A stretch of DNA of 37,423 nt from a virus. Its lineage: Duplodnaviria > Caudoviricetes. Numbering within the stretch: the first letter of the stretch is position 1; each line of letters opens with the position of its first letter. The notes below the pieces were generated by a model that made no database searches, was not told the origin of the DNA, and worked only from the letters and a program-made list of their open reading frames with translations. The stretch covers positions 1 to 37,423 of IMG/VR virus record IMGVR_UViG_3300006118_000020. The stretch is one strand, 5' to 3'. Below are positions 1-8,158 of this stretch, piece after piece. The position numbers and the translations under genes were made by a program.

Positions 1-112
1 ATTGCTTGAACGCTTAAAGTAGCATTTGTAAATTCTGTTGGATAGATCCATTCGCCGTTTGTGCAAGTACCAATTAATTGATAAGTTGTTTCTGCATTTG
101 GAGTAATTGTTG
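1..112. repeat. 112-bp exact direct repeat, copy 1 (copy 2 at 37021-37132)
   Basis: attgcttgaa...gagtaattgttg is identical at offset 37020; the copies diverge at 113 (t) versus 37133 (c). Confidence 0.97.
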
Positions 113-116
113 TCAT
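1..116 (-). CDS. 5' part of a gene starting MTTITPNAETTYQLIG..., running off the left end; in frame with the C-terminus of 36999-37423
   Basis: ATG at 116-114 overlaps the TAA of the upstream gene (TAATG); the translation matches the C-terminal part of the right-end ORF. Confidence 0.6.
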   Translation of the reverse strand, partial: MTTITPNAETTYQLIGTCTNGEWIYPTEFTNATLSVQA

Positions 117-301
117 TATTTTTTACCTTTCTTCATGCCCTTAAGCGTTTCTGCTAAACGAGCACGGCGACCTTCAGTGCCTGGCTTCTTAGCTGCTGCT
201 GCTAATTTCTTAGCAGGAATCTTTTTACCAGCAGGTACACCCAACTCTTTGTGTAATGCTCCTGGTTTTTTAATTGCTTTTTGTATCCATTTTTCTGCCA
301 T
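116..301 (-). CDS. Small basic phage hypothetical protein (MAEKWIQKAIKKPGALH..., 61 aa)
   Basis: SD AAGGAG upstream of ATG 301, which is downstream of the ORF-track start; Lys/Ala-rich type common near packaging genes of aquatic phages. Confidence 0.8.
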   Translation of the reverse strand: MAEKWIQKAIKKPGALHKELGVPAGKKIPAKKLAAAAKKPGTEGRRARLAETLKGMKKGKK

Positions 302-311
302 AATATTCTCC

Positions 312-938
312 TTAAGCGACAATTTGTACTGGCGTAACATAAACATTTGCACCACTGCAATAAATCTCTAATGGATTATATGCTGGAGCAGTAATGCTTC
401 CTGGAAATTGAACATATTCACTAGTTGCTGGTGCAACAATTAGTGTTTGTGTTGGAGTTCCCTCTGTAGGTGCTATTGGATTTGTTGCAGGATTAATACC
501 TGGAATAACACCTGACTGATATGCAATATTTGCATTGTAATCACTAATCACATCAGTAACAATCCATGTCAAATCGTTTGCTGGACTTGTTCCACCTGTT
601 TGTGTTCCACTTGTTGTAAATGTATAACCCACAGTTAGTCCAGGACCTGTACTTGATGGATTTAATACTGTTGCAGATGTTGCCGGAACAATATCAACAT
701 TCATGTGAATAACTTTTCCATCACCATCAAAAGTTACATTAGTGTATTCAATTACTGATGGAGGTGAAAATGGGTTATCATATGAAATGATTGCACTGTT
801 TGCTGTATCAGTGTTTGTTAGTTTGATTGTGATTGGTCCAATCTTACCTGAAGCACTTGCAAAATCAGTTGAAGTCAATTCAATATTTCCATTTGCTGGT
901 AAAAAATAAGATAAGCCGTAAGGTACATATGTTGTCAT
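312..938 (-). CDS. Putative virion decoration/structural protein, paralog of 947-1609
   Basis: Thr/Pro/Asn-rich beta-type composition; N- and C-termini shared with the neighbour; SD AAGGA. Confidence 0.6.
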   Translation of the reverse strand: MTTYVPYGLSYFLPANGNIELTSTDFASASGKIGPITIKLTNTDTANSAIISYDNPFSPPSVIEYTNVTFDGDGKVIHMNVDIVPATSATVLNPSSTGPGLTVGYTFTTSGTQTGGTSPANDLTWIVTDVISDYNANIAYQSGVIPGINPATNPIAPTEGTPTQTLIVAPATSEYVQFPGSITAPAYNPLEIYCSGANVYVTPVQIVA

Positions 939-946
939 ATTATTCC

Positions 947-1609
947 TTAAGCAATAACTTGAATTGGTGTAACATAGACATTAGCACCGCTACAAACTAA
1001 TGTAGTTGGTGTCAAGTCTGGTGTTTGAGCACTAGTAGGTATTTGAACATACTCAGTAGTTAATGGTGGAATCGTAAACACCTTTGTTGGGTTGTTATAT
1101 GTTGGAGCATTTGCATTTGGTGCATTGCTTGGAATATTAAAACTATTAACATATAATTCAGTTATATAACCATTATTATATCCAGTGTAAGGTGGGTTTG
1201 TTCCAGTTACTGAAAAGTTAATATAATTATTAGCTGTTCCGCCAAACTGTGTTCCTAATACATTGAAACTATCATCATAATTCCATGTATAACTTGAACT
1301 TACAATATTTCCAACTGTAACAGTATTTGCAACTGTGTCAACTGTTATATAAAATTCTACTGTATCTGGAGTTTGTGGTTTTGTATCATTATGTACCAAA
1401 TATGTTTGCGGAACCGGAGGAGGTCCAGGAACAAAACTATTATCATAACTAACAACTGCTATGTTAGTATTACTACTGTTAGTTAATTTCAAGTTTAATG
1501 GACCAACTTTACCGCTTGCGCTAGTAACACCTGTAATATCAATCGTAACATTTGAACCATCATCTGGTAACAAGTATGTTAAACCTACTGGTAAAAACAC
1601 TGTTGACAT
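947..1609 (-). CDS. Putative virion decoration/structural protein, paralog of 312-938
   Basis: Shares SASGK(I/V)GP..KLTN, SYDN and the C-terminal CSGANVYVTP(V/I)Q with the neighbour. Confidence 0.6.
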   Translation of the reverse strand: MSTVFLPVGLTYLLPDDGSNVTIDITGVTSASGKVGPLNLKLTNSSNTNIAVVSYDNSFVPGPPPVPQTYLVHNDTKPQTPDTVEFYITVDTVANTVTVGNIVSSSYTWNYDDSFNVLGTQFGGTANNYINFSVTGTNPPYTGYNNGYITELYVNSFNIPSNAPNANAPTYNNPTKVFTIPPLTTEYVQIPTSAQTPDLTPTTLVCSGANVYVTPIQVIA

Positions 1610-1611
1610 AA

Positions 1612-1959
1612 TTACTCCTGATTGCCTTTAGTAGGACCACGACCAAAGTTAAAGTCTTCACGACCACGCTTTGGAAACTCTGTTGTACCACCTGGTGAAC
1701 GAACTTGTGCGCCGCCATTGATATAGTCAGGGTTTTTAATTTTGCGTTCTGGTACATTAGAAACTGGAGGACGACGACCTTGATGTGTAGTAGTATCACT
1801 ATTACCTTTAGTTGGTCCACGACCTTTGTTTACTAATTCATCACCATCAGTTTTACCTGAATAGTGATTACCAGCATATTTGTTTTCACGACTGTAGCCT
1901 TTGCCGCCGAAGCCATCAAAGTCTAGGCCTGCTTCTTTTTGATCTCTAGATTCTCTCAT
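1612..1959 (-). CDS. Gly/Lys/Arg-rich, probably disordered hypothetical protein with two GRGPTKGN motifs
   Basis: 115-aa ORF coupled to the upstream ORF by an ATGA overlap. Confidence 0.75.
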   Translation of the reverse strand: MRESRDQKEAGLDFDGFGGKGYSRENKYAGNHYSGKTDGDELVNKGRGPTKGNSDTTTHQGRRPPVSNVPERKIKNPDYINGGAQVRSPGGTTEFPKRGREDFNFGRGPTKGNQE

Positions 1960-2114
1960 TTTGTTTTCCTTTTTGTCTTTGTAGACTTCTTTTTAGCTTC
2001 ACGCTGCTCTGAATACGCAATCGCTACGGCTTGCTTCTGGGGCTTTCCAGCTTCCATTTCTTTTTTAACATTCTTACCGAACGCTTTTTTGCTACTTGAT
2101 TTGATTAGTGGCAT
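1956..2114 (-). CDS. Small basic protein MPLIKSSSKKAFGKNVKKEMEAGKPQKQAVAIAYS... (52 aa; not in ORF track)
   Basis: Translated by hand; the 'GKPQKQAVAIA' type is a common small phage protein; ATGA overlap with 1612-1959. Confidence 0.8.
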   Translation of the reverse strand: MPLIKSSSKKAFGKNVKKEMEAGKPQKQAVAIAYSEQREAKKKSTKTKRKTK

Positions 2115-2121
2115 AATGTAT

Positions 2122-2472
2122 TTATTCTTCCTTAATACCTGTAAATTTGGCTAATGCCTGAGCAAATGCTTGCTGTTTCATTTCAATCTGATCTTTACTA
2201 TCGGTAACTTCAACTTTTGCAAGCGAATTCATTACTTTGTTCAATATCAAATTGTGATATTTCATTACCAAATGAGTGTCATTTCTATTTCGTGCATCCA
2301 AAAAGTCTTCAACAAGTATTGATTGATAATCGTTACCGTTTGATTTTAATTTTACACTTTCAAGTAAACCCTCAATAGTAATTTGTTGAGTAGAACCTTT
2401 TGGTCTACCTGCGCCTTTACGAGCACCGCCCCTAGATGGTGCCTTTTTCTTTACTGTGTTAGTCTTTTCCAT
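2122..2472 (-). CDS. Terminase small subunit-like or AT-hook-type DNA-binding protein
   Basis: N-terminal RGGARKGAGRPKGS motif typical of many TerS proteins; first gene of the operon that leads, across the genome ends, to terL. Confidence 0.5.
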   Translation of the reverse strand: MEKTNTVKKKAPSRGGARKGAGRPKGSTQQITIEGLLESVKLKSNGNDYQSILVEDFLDARNRNDTHLVMKYHNLILNKVMNSLAKVEVTDSKDQIEMKQQAFAQALAKFTGIKEE

Positions 2473-2477
2473 ATGTA

Positions 2478-2497
2478 TATTTAGTGTTGATTAAATA
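2478..2497. promoter_or_regulatory. Back-to-back T4-late-like motifs: CTAAATA (minus, 2478-2484) and TTAAATA (plus, 2491-2497)
   Basis: One copy points at each of two divergent genes; the minus copy is 5 nt from ATG 2472 with no SD. Confidence 0.6.
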
Positions 2498-2517
2498 CTT
2501 GTTTGAAAGGTAAAGCA

Positions 2518-3030
2518 ATGATTGAATATTCATGGGTTCCAGCAACTGGTCCCGATATTGAAAAACTAACTGAACTCTCAGTTAAAAACTGCATGACAGA
2601 TGTAGAAACCATCTATGATGTTAAGCCCATAATTTTTACACGAAATCTTACTTTAGCCGTTGTAAATCAACATTTTACTCCTAATGAAGAATTGCTCAGT
2701 GTAGCAAAAGACAGCAACGGTACTATCTTAGCATATACATGGGCAAGTTGTAGCCAATATGCATTGTGGTCAAACGAAAAAATGCTAATAGTTAATATGG
2801 CTGACATAGAACTAACACTTCCAATCAAGTTACGAATCAAACTTGTTAAAGATATGATGTACTTGTGGGAAGAGTTTTGTAAACTATCTCAAATCCCTAT
2901 CATCTGCTCAACTACATTACGAGTTAACCAATCTGCATTCTTAAAATTACACGAGCGTGAAGGTTACCAAATTCGCGGAAGTGCTGCATATAAACGATTG
3001 AGCACGACACAAGCTACTCCTGCCAATTAG
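2518..3030 (+). CDS. GNAT-fold acetyltransferase-like protein (T7 gp13-like)
   Basis: ~170 aa with a GNAT-like pattern (PATGPDIEKL...LSVAKDSNGTILAY...AFLKLHEREGY); SD AAGGT before ATG 2518. Confidence 0.55.
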   Translation: MIEYSWVPATGPDIEKLTELSVKNCMTDVETIYDVKPIIFTRNLTLAVVNQHFTPNEELLSVAKDSNGTILAYTWASCSQYALWSNEKMLIVNMADIELTLPIKLRIKLVKDMMYLWEEFCKLSQIPIICSTTLRVNQSAFLKLHEREGYQIRGSAAYKRLSTTQATPAN

Positions 3031-3089
3031 TTGTTACCTAGATTAGAAAGCCACAAAATCATCTAGTCCTTGATAGTGCTCTTGGTGGC

Positions 3090-3524
3090 TTAACTCAAAC
3101 TAGCTCTTAACATCCACGCAAATTTCTTATGTTGACGGATACGATCTTGTGCAAAATTTGCAATATCGTCGTGTCCTTCTTCAGTCGCAACAACTTCTAA
3201 TTTTCTATAACTATTTTCCATATGCTCTTGACCTTCAAGAGCAAATTCTAATAAACTTGTTGCATCAGTGCCAAGTGCAAGTGTATCAGCTAAATCAGCC
3301 TTACTTAATATCTCATTAATAGTTTCTGGTGCAGTAACATTCAATGCACGAATTAGTTCACCCAAATCATCTTGAATACTTTCGCTGTCTTCATAAATCT
3401 TTTGCAATAGTTTATGCCAACCATAAAAGTTTTCACCAGTAATGTTAAAGTGGATACTATGTGCTCTGTAACTGTTTACAAAGTTATCACTAAATGTTTC
3501 TGTTAATTGTTCAATTGTGTTCAT
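3090..3524 (-). CDS. dps: Dps/ferritin-like DNA-protection protein
   Basis: HSIHFNITGENFYGWHKLLQKIYE...DDLGELIRAL and C-terminal HKKFAWML match the Dps signature (H-[W/F]-N-x-x-G-x-x-F-x-x-x-H...D-x-x-x-E). Confidence 0.85.
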   Translation of the reverse strand: MNTIEQLTETFSDNFVNSYRAHSIHFNITGENFYGWHKLLQKIYEDSESIQDDLGELIRALNVTAPETINEILSKADLADTLALGTDATSLLEFALEGQEHMENSYRKLEVVATEEGHDDIANFAQDRIRQHKKFAWMLRASLS

Positions 3525-5452
3525 TCTACTCTCTTGCCTTTACTGTTTCTCTTTACTATACTTACCTCAGGTAAATGTTGCTTAACTTCTTCTGGCCAAT
3601 CACCATAATTTTGAACTTCGTGTCTTACAATGTTTTCACCTTCACGATAACCACCAACTGGTTTTTTACCTGCTAATGTATTGAATAAATTTGCTTTGTC
3701 AAATTCTTCTTTATTTGGAAAAACTGTTTCTTCAGTAAGCATTTGACTTACTTCAGGAACCTTTTTTTTTGCGCTTTTACGCAATGCAGATTTTTCTGCT
3801 TTTGTTGCAGCTTCTAATTCTGATTGCAACTTATCCATTTTATTTGATAGTTCGCCTAATCTAGCTTGATGTAATTCACCTTCAGGTGTTCCATATTGAA
3901 TTTTATTTTCAAGACCATGCTGATGTAATAGATCATTTTGGTTGCCAATAATATCCATTTCTTTTCGTATTTCGCTAGGTGTTCTTGTTGTTTGTACAAC
4001 TGTTTTTTGAACAACAGGTTGAGTAACTTTAGTTATAGGTTGTGTTATTGGTTGTGCAGTAGGTACACTCATGTTAGCTGGCGGTGTATAACCTCCACCA
4101 CTACGCTTTGCCCAATCAGCAGCTTGTTGTGCTAATGGAGTAGGTTGTACTGGAATAATCTTACTTGCAGCAACTTGTGGAATACTTGGTGGTCTAGCTG
4201 CTTGACTATTAGTTGTATTAATTTGATAGGGTAGCACTGAGCGTTGACCTTCAATATTAACTGCTCGTGGATTAGTACCCATTGGAATAGTTGACGGTGG
4301 CAATGTTTGTCCTGGACCTTGAACAGTTAATGGATAATTAGCTTGTGGTTGTATTGTAGGTTGTGGAACACTTTGTGGTTGAACAGGACCTGTAACAGGA
4401 TGCGGAAAGTTTTGTTGTAATGCTGCTTGTTCTTCAGGAGATAATGAAGTAAAATTAAGATTACCTAAAGTTTTGTTTGCACTAATATCTTTAGCACCTT
4501 GAATTGCTTTGTAACCTTTTCTAATCAATGGAAGTGCAACACCTACGCCTGCTCCAACAGGTCCGCCCATTAATCCACCTAATGCGCCAGCACCCAATTC
4601 AGTTGCCCATGTATAAGGTGATTTCAAATGTTCACCAAATTGTTCACCAGCAGCTTGATATACTTGACCATTCAATGGAACATTACCTTTTGTTCGTTGC
4701 AATGCTTGAATTTGTTCTGGAGTATATGGAACCATTGAACTTTTTAACTGTTCTGTTGAAATTTGACCATTACGCCATGCATTCAATTCATCAGCAGGCA
4801 TATATGTTTCAGTTGCAGGTTGTCTTGCACTTGGTGTTTCCCAAGGTTTAATTTCAGCACCAGGTTGACTAATTGCATTACCTAATACGCCGCCTGTACC
4901 TTTTACAAATTGTCCACCGTTAGTTATTGCTTGTTTACCAACATCAGAAATAGCACCTGCAACTTTAGGAACATATGGTCCAGCGGCAGTTAAACCAGTT
5001 CCAATCATATGTTCAACATCTTGTACAGGTAATCCTGTAGATTGACTTAATGGTTGTGCTACACCATGAACAACATTACCAACACCACCCATAACTCTGT
5101 TACTTAATTCATTTTGATATGAAGGTGATTGAGTTATTCCAAGATAGTTACCAATAGGATTCTTTGGACTAGTTGTTTCTTGTTGTGCTCGTTGTGCAGC
5201 TTGTTCTGGACTCATTTGAGTACCATAATATGCTCGTGCAACAGGATATGCAAGATAGTCTAGTGCACCACTTGCAGCATTAAATCCTGTATCAGCTAAA
5301 CTAGCGACACCATGACCAAACTTAGTCAAACTACTTTCTTCTGGTTGAGGAGCAACGGTAGTTTTACCAAGAAACTTGTAAATCTTTTCTTTTGCTACTG
5401 ATGGATCTTCAGTATCAATATCATAGTGTTCGCCGTTATATTCGTAAATCAT
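3521..5452 (-). CDS. Putative ejection/internal virion protein (643 aa)
   Basis: Last of four large Gly/Ala/Gln-rich ORFs after the nozzle gene; hydrophobic GAGALGGLMGGPVGAGVG segment. Confidence 0.6.
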   Translation of the reverse strand: MIYEYNGEHYDIDTEDPSVAKEKIYKFLGKTTVAPQPEESSLTKFGHGVASLADTGFNAASGALDYLAYPVARAYYGTQMSPEQAAQRAQQETTSPKNPIGNYLGITQSPSYQNELSNRVMGGVGNVVHGVAQPLSQSTGLPVQDVEHMIGTGLTAAGPYVPKVAGAISDVGKQAITNGGQFVKGTGGVLGNAISQPGAEIKPWETPSARQPATETYMPADELNAWRNGQISTEQLKSSMVPYTPEQIQALQRTKGNVPLNGQVYQAAGEQFGEHLKSPYTWATELGAGALGGLMGGPVGAGVGVALPLIRKGYKAIQGAKDISANKTLGNLNFTSLSPEEQAALQQNFPHPVTGPVQPQSVPQPTIQPQANYPLTVQGPGQTLPPSTIPMGTNPRAVNIEGQRSVLPYQINTTNSQAARPPSIPQVAASKIIPVQPTPLAQQAADWAKRSGGGYTPPANMSVPTAQPITQPITKVTQPVVQKTVVQTTRTPSEIRKEMDIIGNQNDLLHQHGLENKIQYGTPEGELHQARLGELSNKMDKLQSELEAATKAEKSALRKSAKKKVPEVSQMLTEETVFPNKEEFDKANLFNTLAGKKPVGGYREGENIVRHEVQNYGDWPEEVKQHLPEVSIVKRNSKGKRVE

Positions 5453-5453
5453 T

Positions 5454-7388
5454 TTAATCAGTAATCTTTATAGGATTTTCTCTAGTACCTGGCTTATGTT
5501 TATTAAGTACAGGATTCTCAGCTTTACCACCTGTAGTCTGTTGCTCAGTTGCATAACGCTGTGTTCTTTCCAATGCTGCTCTAGCTTTAGTTAACCAATA
5601 CTTAGTATATTCTGGATCACTAGTTTCTGTAGGTTTATTTTCAGTTAAGAATTGTAATTCTTGGTTAGTTAAGTGACCTTTAATTGTACCTTGACTTAAT
5701 ACGCCACCGATACTACGAACTGTATCCATAACTGCTTTAGTATTTCTTGCACCTTCAGTGTTAAGTTGAGTTCCAACTGCTTGACCGATTGGACCGCCGC
5801 CACTTAATGTACCAGCAACCATTGGTCCAATATTGTGTTTACCACTTGCAAGAATATCTAATGAATGGTCAATGTCAGTAATTGTGTTTGCTGCGCCTGC
5901 TGCACCAGCAACATTCTGTCCAGCAACTTTACCAACTTCTTTGCCACTTTCAACTCGTGCAGCTTTTTCAGCTTCAAGTTCATATCCAGTTGGACGAGCA
6001 TTATTTGCTGGTGGGTTAGTAATTGCTGCAGGTCTTGTAACAGTTGATGGTTCTACTGGTTTATTAACCACTACTGGTGCTGGTGCTGTTGCTGCAGGTT
6101 TATTTGCACTCACAGTATTACCTCCACCAATTTGCGGAACACGAATTCCAACTTCCGCAGGTTGAACTGGAGTATAACCTTGTTGAACAAGCATTTGATT
6201 GTAAGGACGCAAGATTTGCATTTGTTCTTCAATGCCTTTGCCTTGAAGTTTAATGTTCATTTCTTGTATTGCTCGTGCTCTCATGTCATTCATAGTACCC
6301 ATACTTGATTGTGGGCGCCATCCTGTCATACTAGTACGACCTGCGTCAGTTTGAATATAACTGCGACCAGTATTTTTATCACTAACCACACGACCGACTT
6401 CACCAGTTCTATCGTTAACATAAGTGCCTCCAACAATGTCAAGTTTTTGTCCTTGATTTGCTGCTGCACTAATCAATTCACTTGGATTTAGTTTTTGTCC
6501 AGTTGTTGAATTAAAGCCACTTAATGGTGTTCCATTCGCAGCCATTTTAATCATGTATGCTTCACCGTTAGGTCCATTGACTAATGTTTCTTTACCAATA
6601 CCTAACTTAGCAGCTTCTGATTGAGCACTGTTTTGCATACCTAGCAAACCATAAGCAATTGCTTTGAACCACGAACCGCCTGTTGTCTTTTCACGAAGTG
6701 CTTTTTCCAATTCAGTTGGACCCATTGTTTGCAATTGTTGTTCAGCTTGTTTTTTTTGACGATCATTAATTAAAATGTCTGCTGCTCTTTCTCTTGCATT
6801 GTCTTTTAACCATTGTGGTGCATTTTGACTTTGACTTAACTGCAACAATTGACCTGGATCATTTTGATATTGTTCATATTGTGTTAAATGTTGTTGCTCA
6901 ACAGTTCCAGCCAATGGATTACTCAACTGTTGTTGTGCAGCAGGAACATTGTTTTGAAATTGTTGTTGAACTTGTGGAGTTGCTTGAATACCTTGACCAC
7001 TCATTTGTTGTGGTTGTTGTATTTGTTGTGGTTGTTGTGGTTGCTGTGGCAAATTAGGCAATTGTTGTGTATTGCCTGCAACTTGAACGCCTTGACCAGC
7101 TTGTGGCTGATTAAACTGTGCAGGATTCACTGGAGCAACAGGACTAGCTGGAGCCTGTTGCATAGTGTTTTGCATAGGTTGTGGCATTTGCTGAGTTTGC
7201 GTATTTTGCAAATCCATAGGACTAACAGGTCCACTACTTGTGTTAGTGTTAGGCATCTGAATTGGGTTTTCAGTTGTTTCACCTGGAGCTGGATTATAAC
7301 TTGAACCAAATAGTTGTTGCTGTTGTTTCTTTTTCAATTCTTCATCTGTAGAATCGTTTTGTAATGTGTTAAGATCAGGTGTGAACAT
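5454..7388 (-). CDS. Putative ejection/internal virion protein (644 aa, Gln/Pro-rich N-terminus)
   Basis: Position in the podovirus ejection cluster; low-complexity, helical composition. Confidence 0.6.
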   Translation of the reverse strand: MFTPDLNTLQNDSTDEELKKKQQQQLFGSSYNPAPGETTENPIQMPNTNTSSGPVSPMDLQNTQTQQMPQPMQNTMQQAPASPVAPVNPAQFNQPQAGQGVQVAGNTQQLPNLPQQPQQPQQIQQPQQMSGQGIQATPQVQQQFQNNVPAAQQQLSNPLAGTVEQQHLTQYEQYQNDPGQLLQLSQSQNAPQWLKDNARERAADILINDRQKKQAEQQLQTMGPTELEKALREKTTGGSWFKAIAYGLLGMQNSAQSEAAKLGIGKETLVNGPNGEAYMIKMAANGTPLSGFNSTTGQKLNPSELISAAANQGQKLDIVGGTYVNDRTGEVGRVVSDKNTGRSYIQTDAGRTSMTGWRPQSSMGTMNDMRARAIQEMNIKLQGKGIEEQMQILRPYNQMLVQQGYTPVQPAEVGIRVPQIGGGNTVSANKPAATAPAPVVVNKPVEPSTVTRPAAITNPPANNARPTGYELEAEKAARVESGKEVGKVAGQNVAGAAGAANTITDIDHSLDILASGKHNIGPMVAGTLSGGGPIGQAVGTQLNTEGARNTKAVMDTVRSIGGVLSQGTIKGHLTNQELQFLTENKPTETSDPEYTKYWLTKARAALERTQRYATEQQTTGGKAENPVLNKHKPGTRENPIKITD

Positions 7389-7391
7389 AAA

Positions 7392-8129
7392 TTATAGACC
7401 CATTGCGCTGAATAAACTACCAAGTCCACTAGATGTAATATTAGTTCCAGTAGTGTTTGTAGATTGCGTACCATTAAAGTTCGCACCATAGCTAGTTGAT
7501 GGAGCACCATACATTGCGCTTAACAATGAATTGTTAAATGCCATTGGAACTTCACTTGCATTGACAACATTTTGTGCAGCACCTTGTGCACCTGTCAATC
7601 CATTTTGTCCTAATGCAGCTAATTGATTTGCTGCACTTGCTCGTTGTTGTGCGATTTGGTTTTCAACAGTTGCAGCAGTATTAGCTTGTGTTGCTTCATT
7701 CATACCAGCAAGTTGTTGACCTGCTAATGCTTGACGAGCACTACCTAATTCACCACTACCACCAAACTGTGCTTGTTGATTTGCTAAGTTCTGCATATAT
7801 TGTGCTTGTGCAGGTTGTAATGCAGCAGCAACTTGATTTGCTTCATAATTTGAACCAAATAAGTTTTCTAGTCCACTTACACCTGTATTCAATGCACTTT
7901 CGCCAGTTTGACCTAAAGTGTTTTGTGCTTGACCAGAAACACCAGCCATATTCTGTGCAGCGTTTTGAACGCCAGGTGCACTTTGATTATATTGTGTTTG
8001 TGCGCTACTAATTCCCTGTTGATATGCAGGAATAATTGTGCCAGTAAGCATACCTGTCTGTGCTGACAAGTATTGATTTTGCTGTGGAGACAATGTTGGT
8101 ATTGTCGTTGAAGTTGTTTTACCACCCAT
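7392..8129 (-). CDS. Putative DNA ejection/pilot protein (P22 gp7 or T7 gp14-like)
   Basis: MGGKTTST start, Gln/Ala-rich helices, FGGSG...SAR motif, Gly-rich hydrophobic C-terminus. Confidence 0.65.
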   Translation of the reverse strand: MGGKTTSTTIPTLSPQQNQYLSAQTGMLTGTIIPAYQQGISSAQTQYNQSAPGVQNAAQNMAGVSGQAQNTLGQTGESALNTGVSGLENLFGSNYEANQVAAALQPAQAQYMQNLANQQAQFGGSGELGSARQALAGQQLAGMNEATQANTAATVENQIAQQRASAANQLAALGQNGLTGAQGAAQNVVNASEVPMAFNNSLLSAMYGAPSTSYGANFNGTQSTNTTGTNITSSGLGSLFSAMGL

Positions 8130-8158
8130 GATGGAATCCTTTTATCTATTTAGTTGTT

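Noticed and set aside
3031-3091. Structured RNA between the convergent GNAT and dps genes (AAGCCAC/GTGGCTT, CTAGAT/ATCTAG)
   Set aside because: Only 6-7-bp stems, too weak to call beyond a possible 3'-end stem
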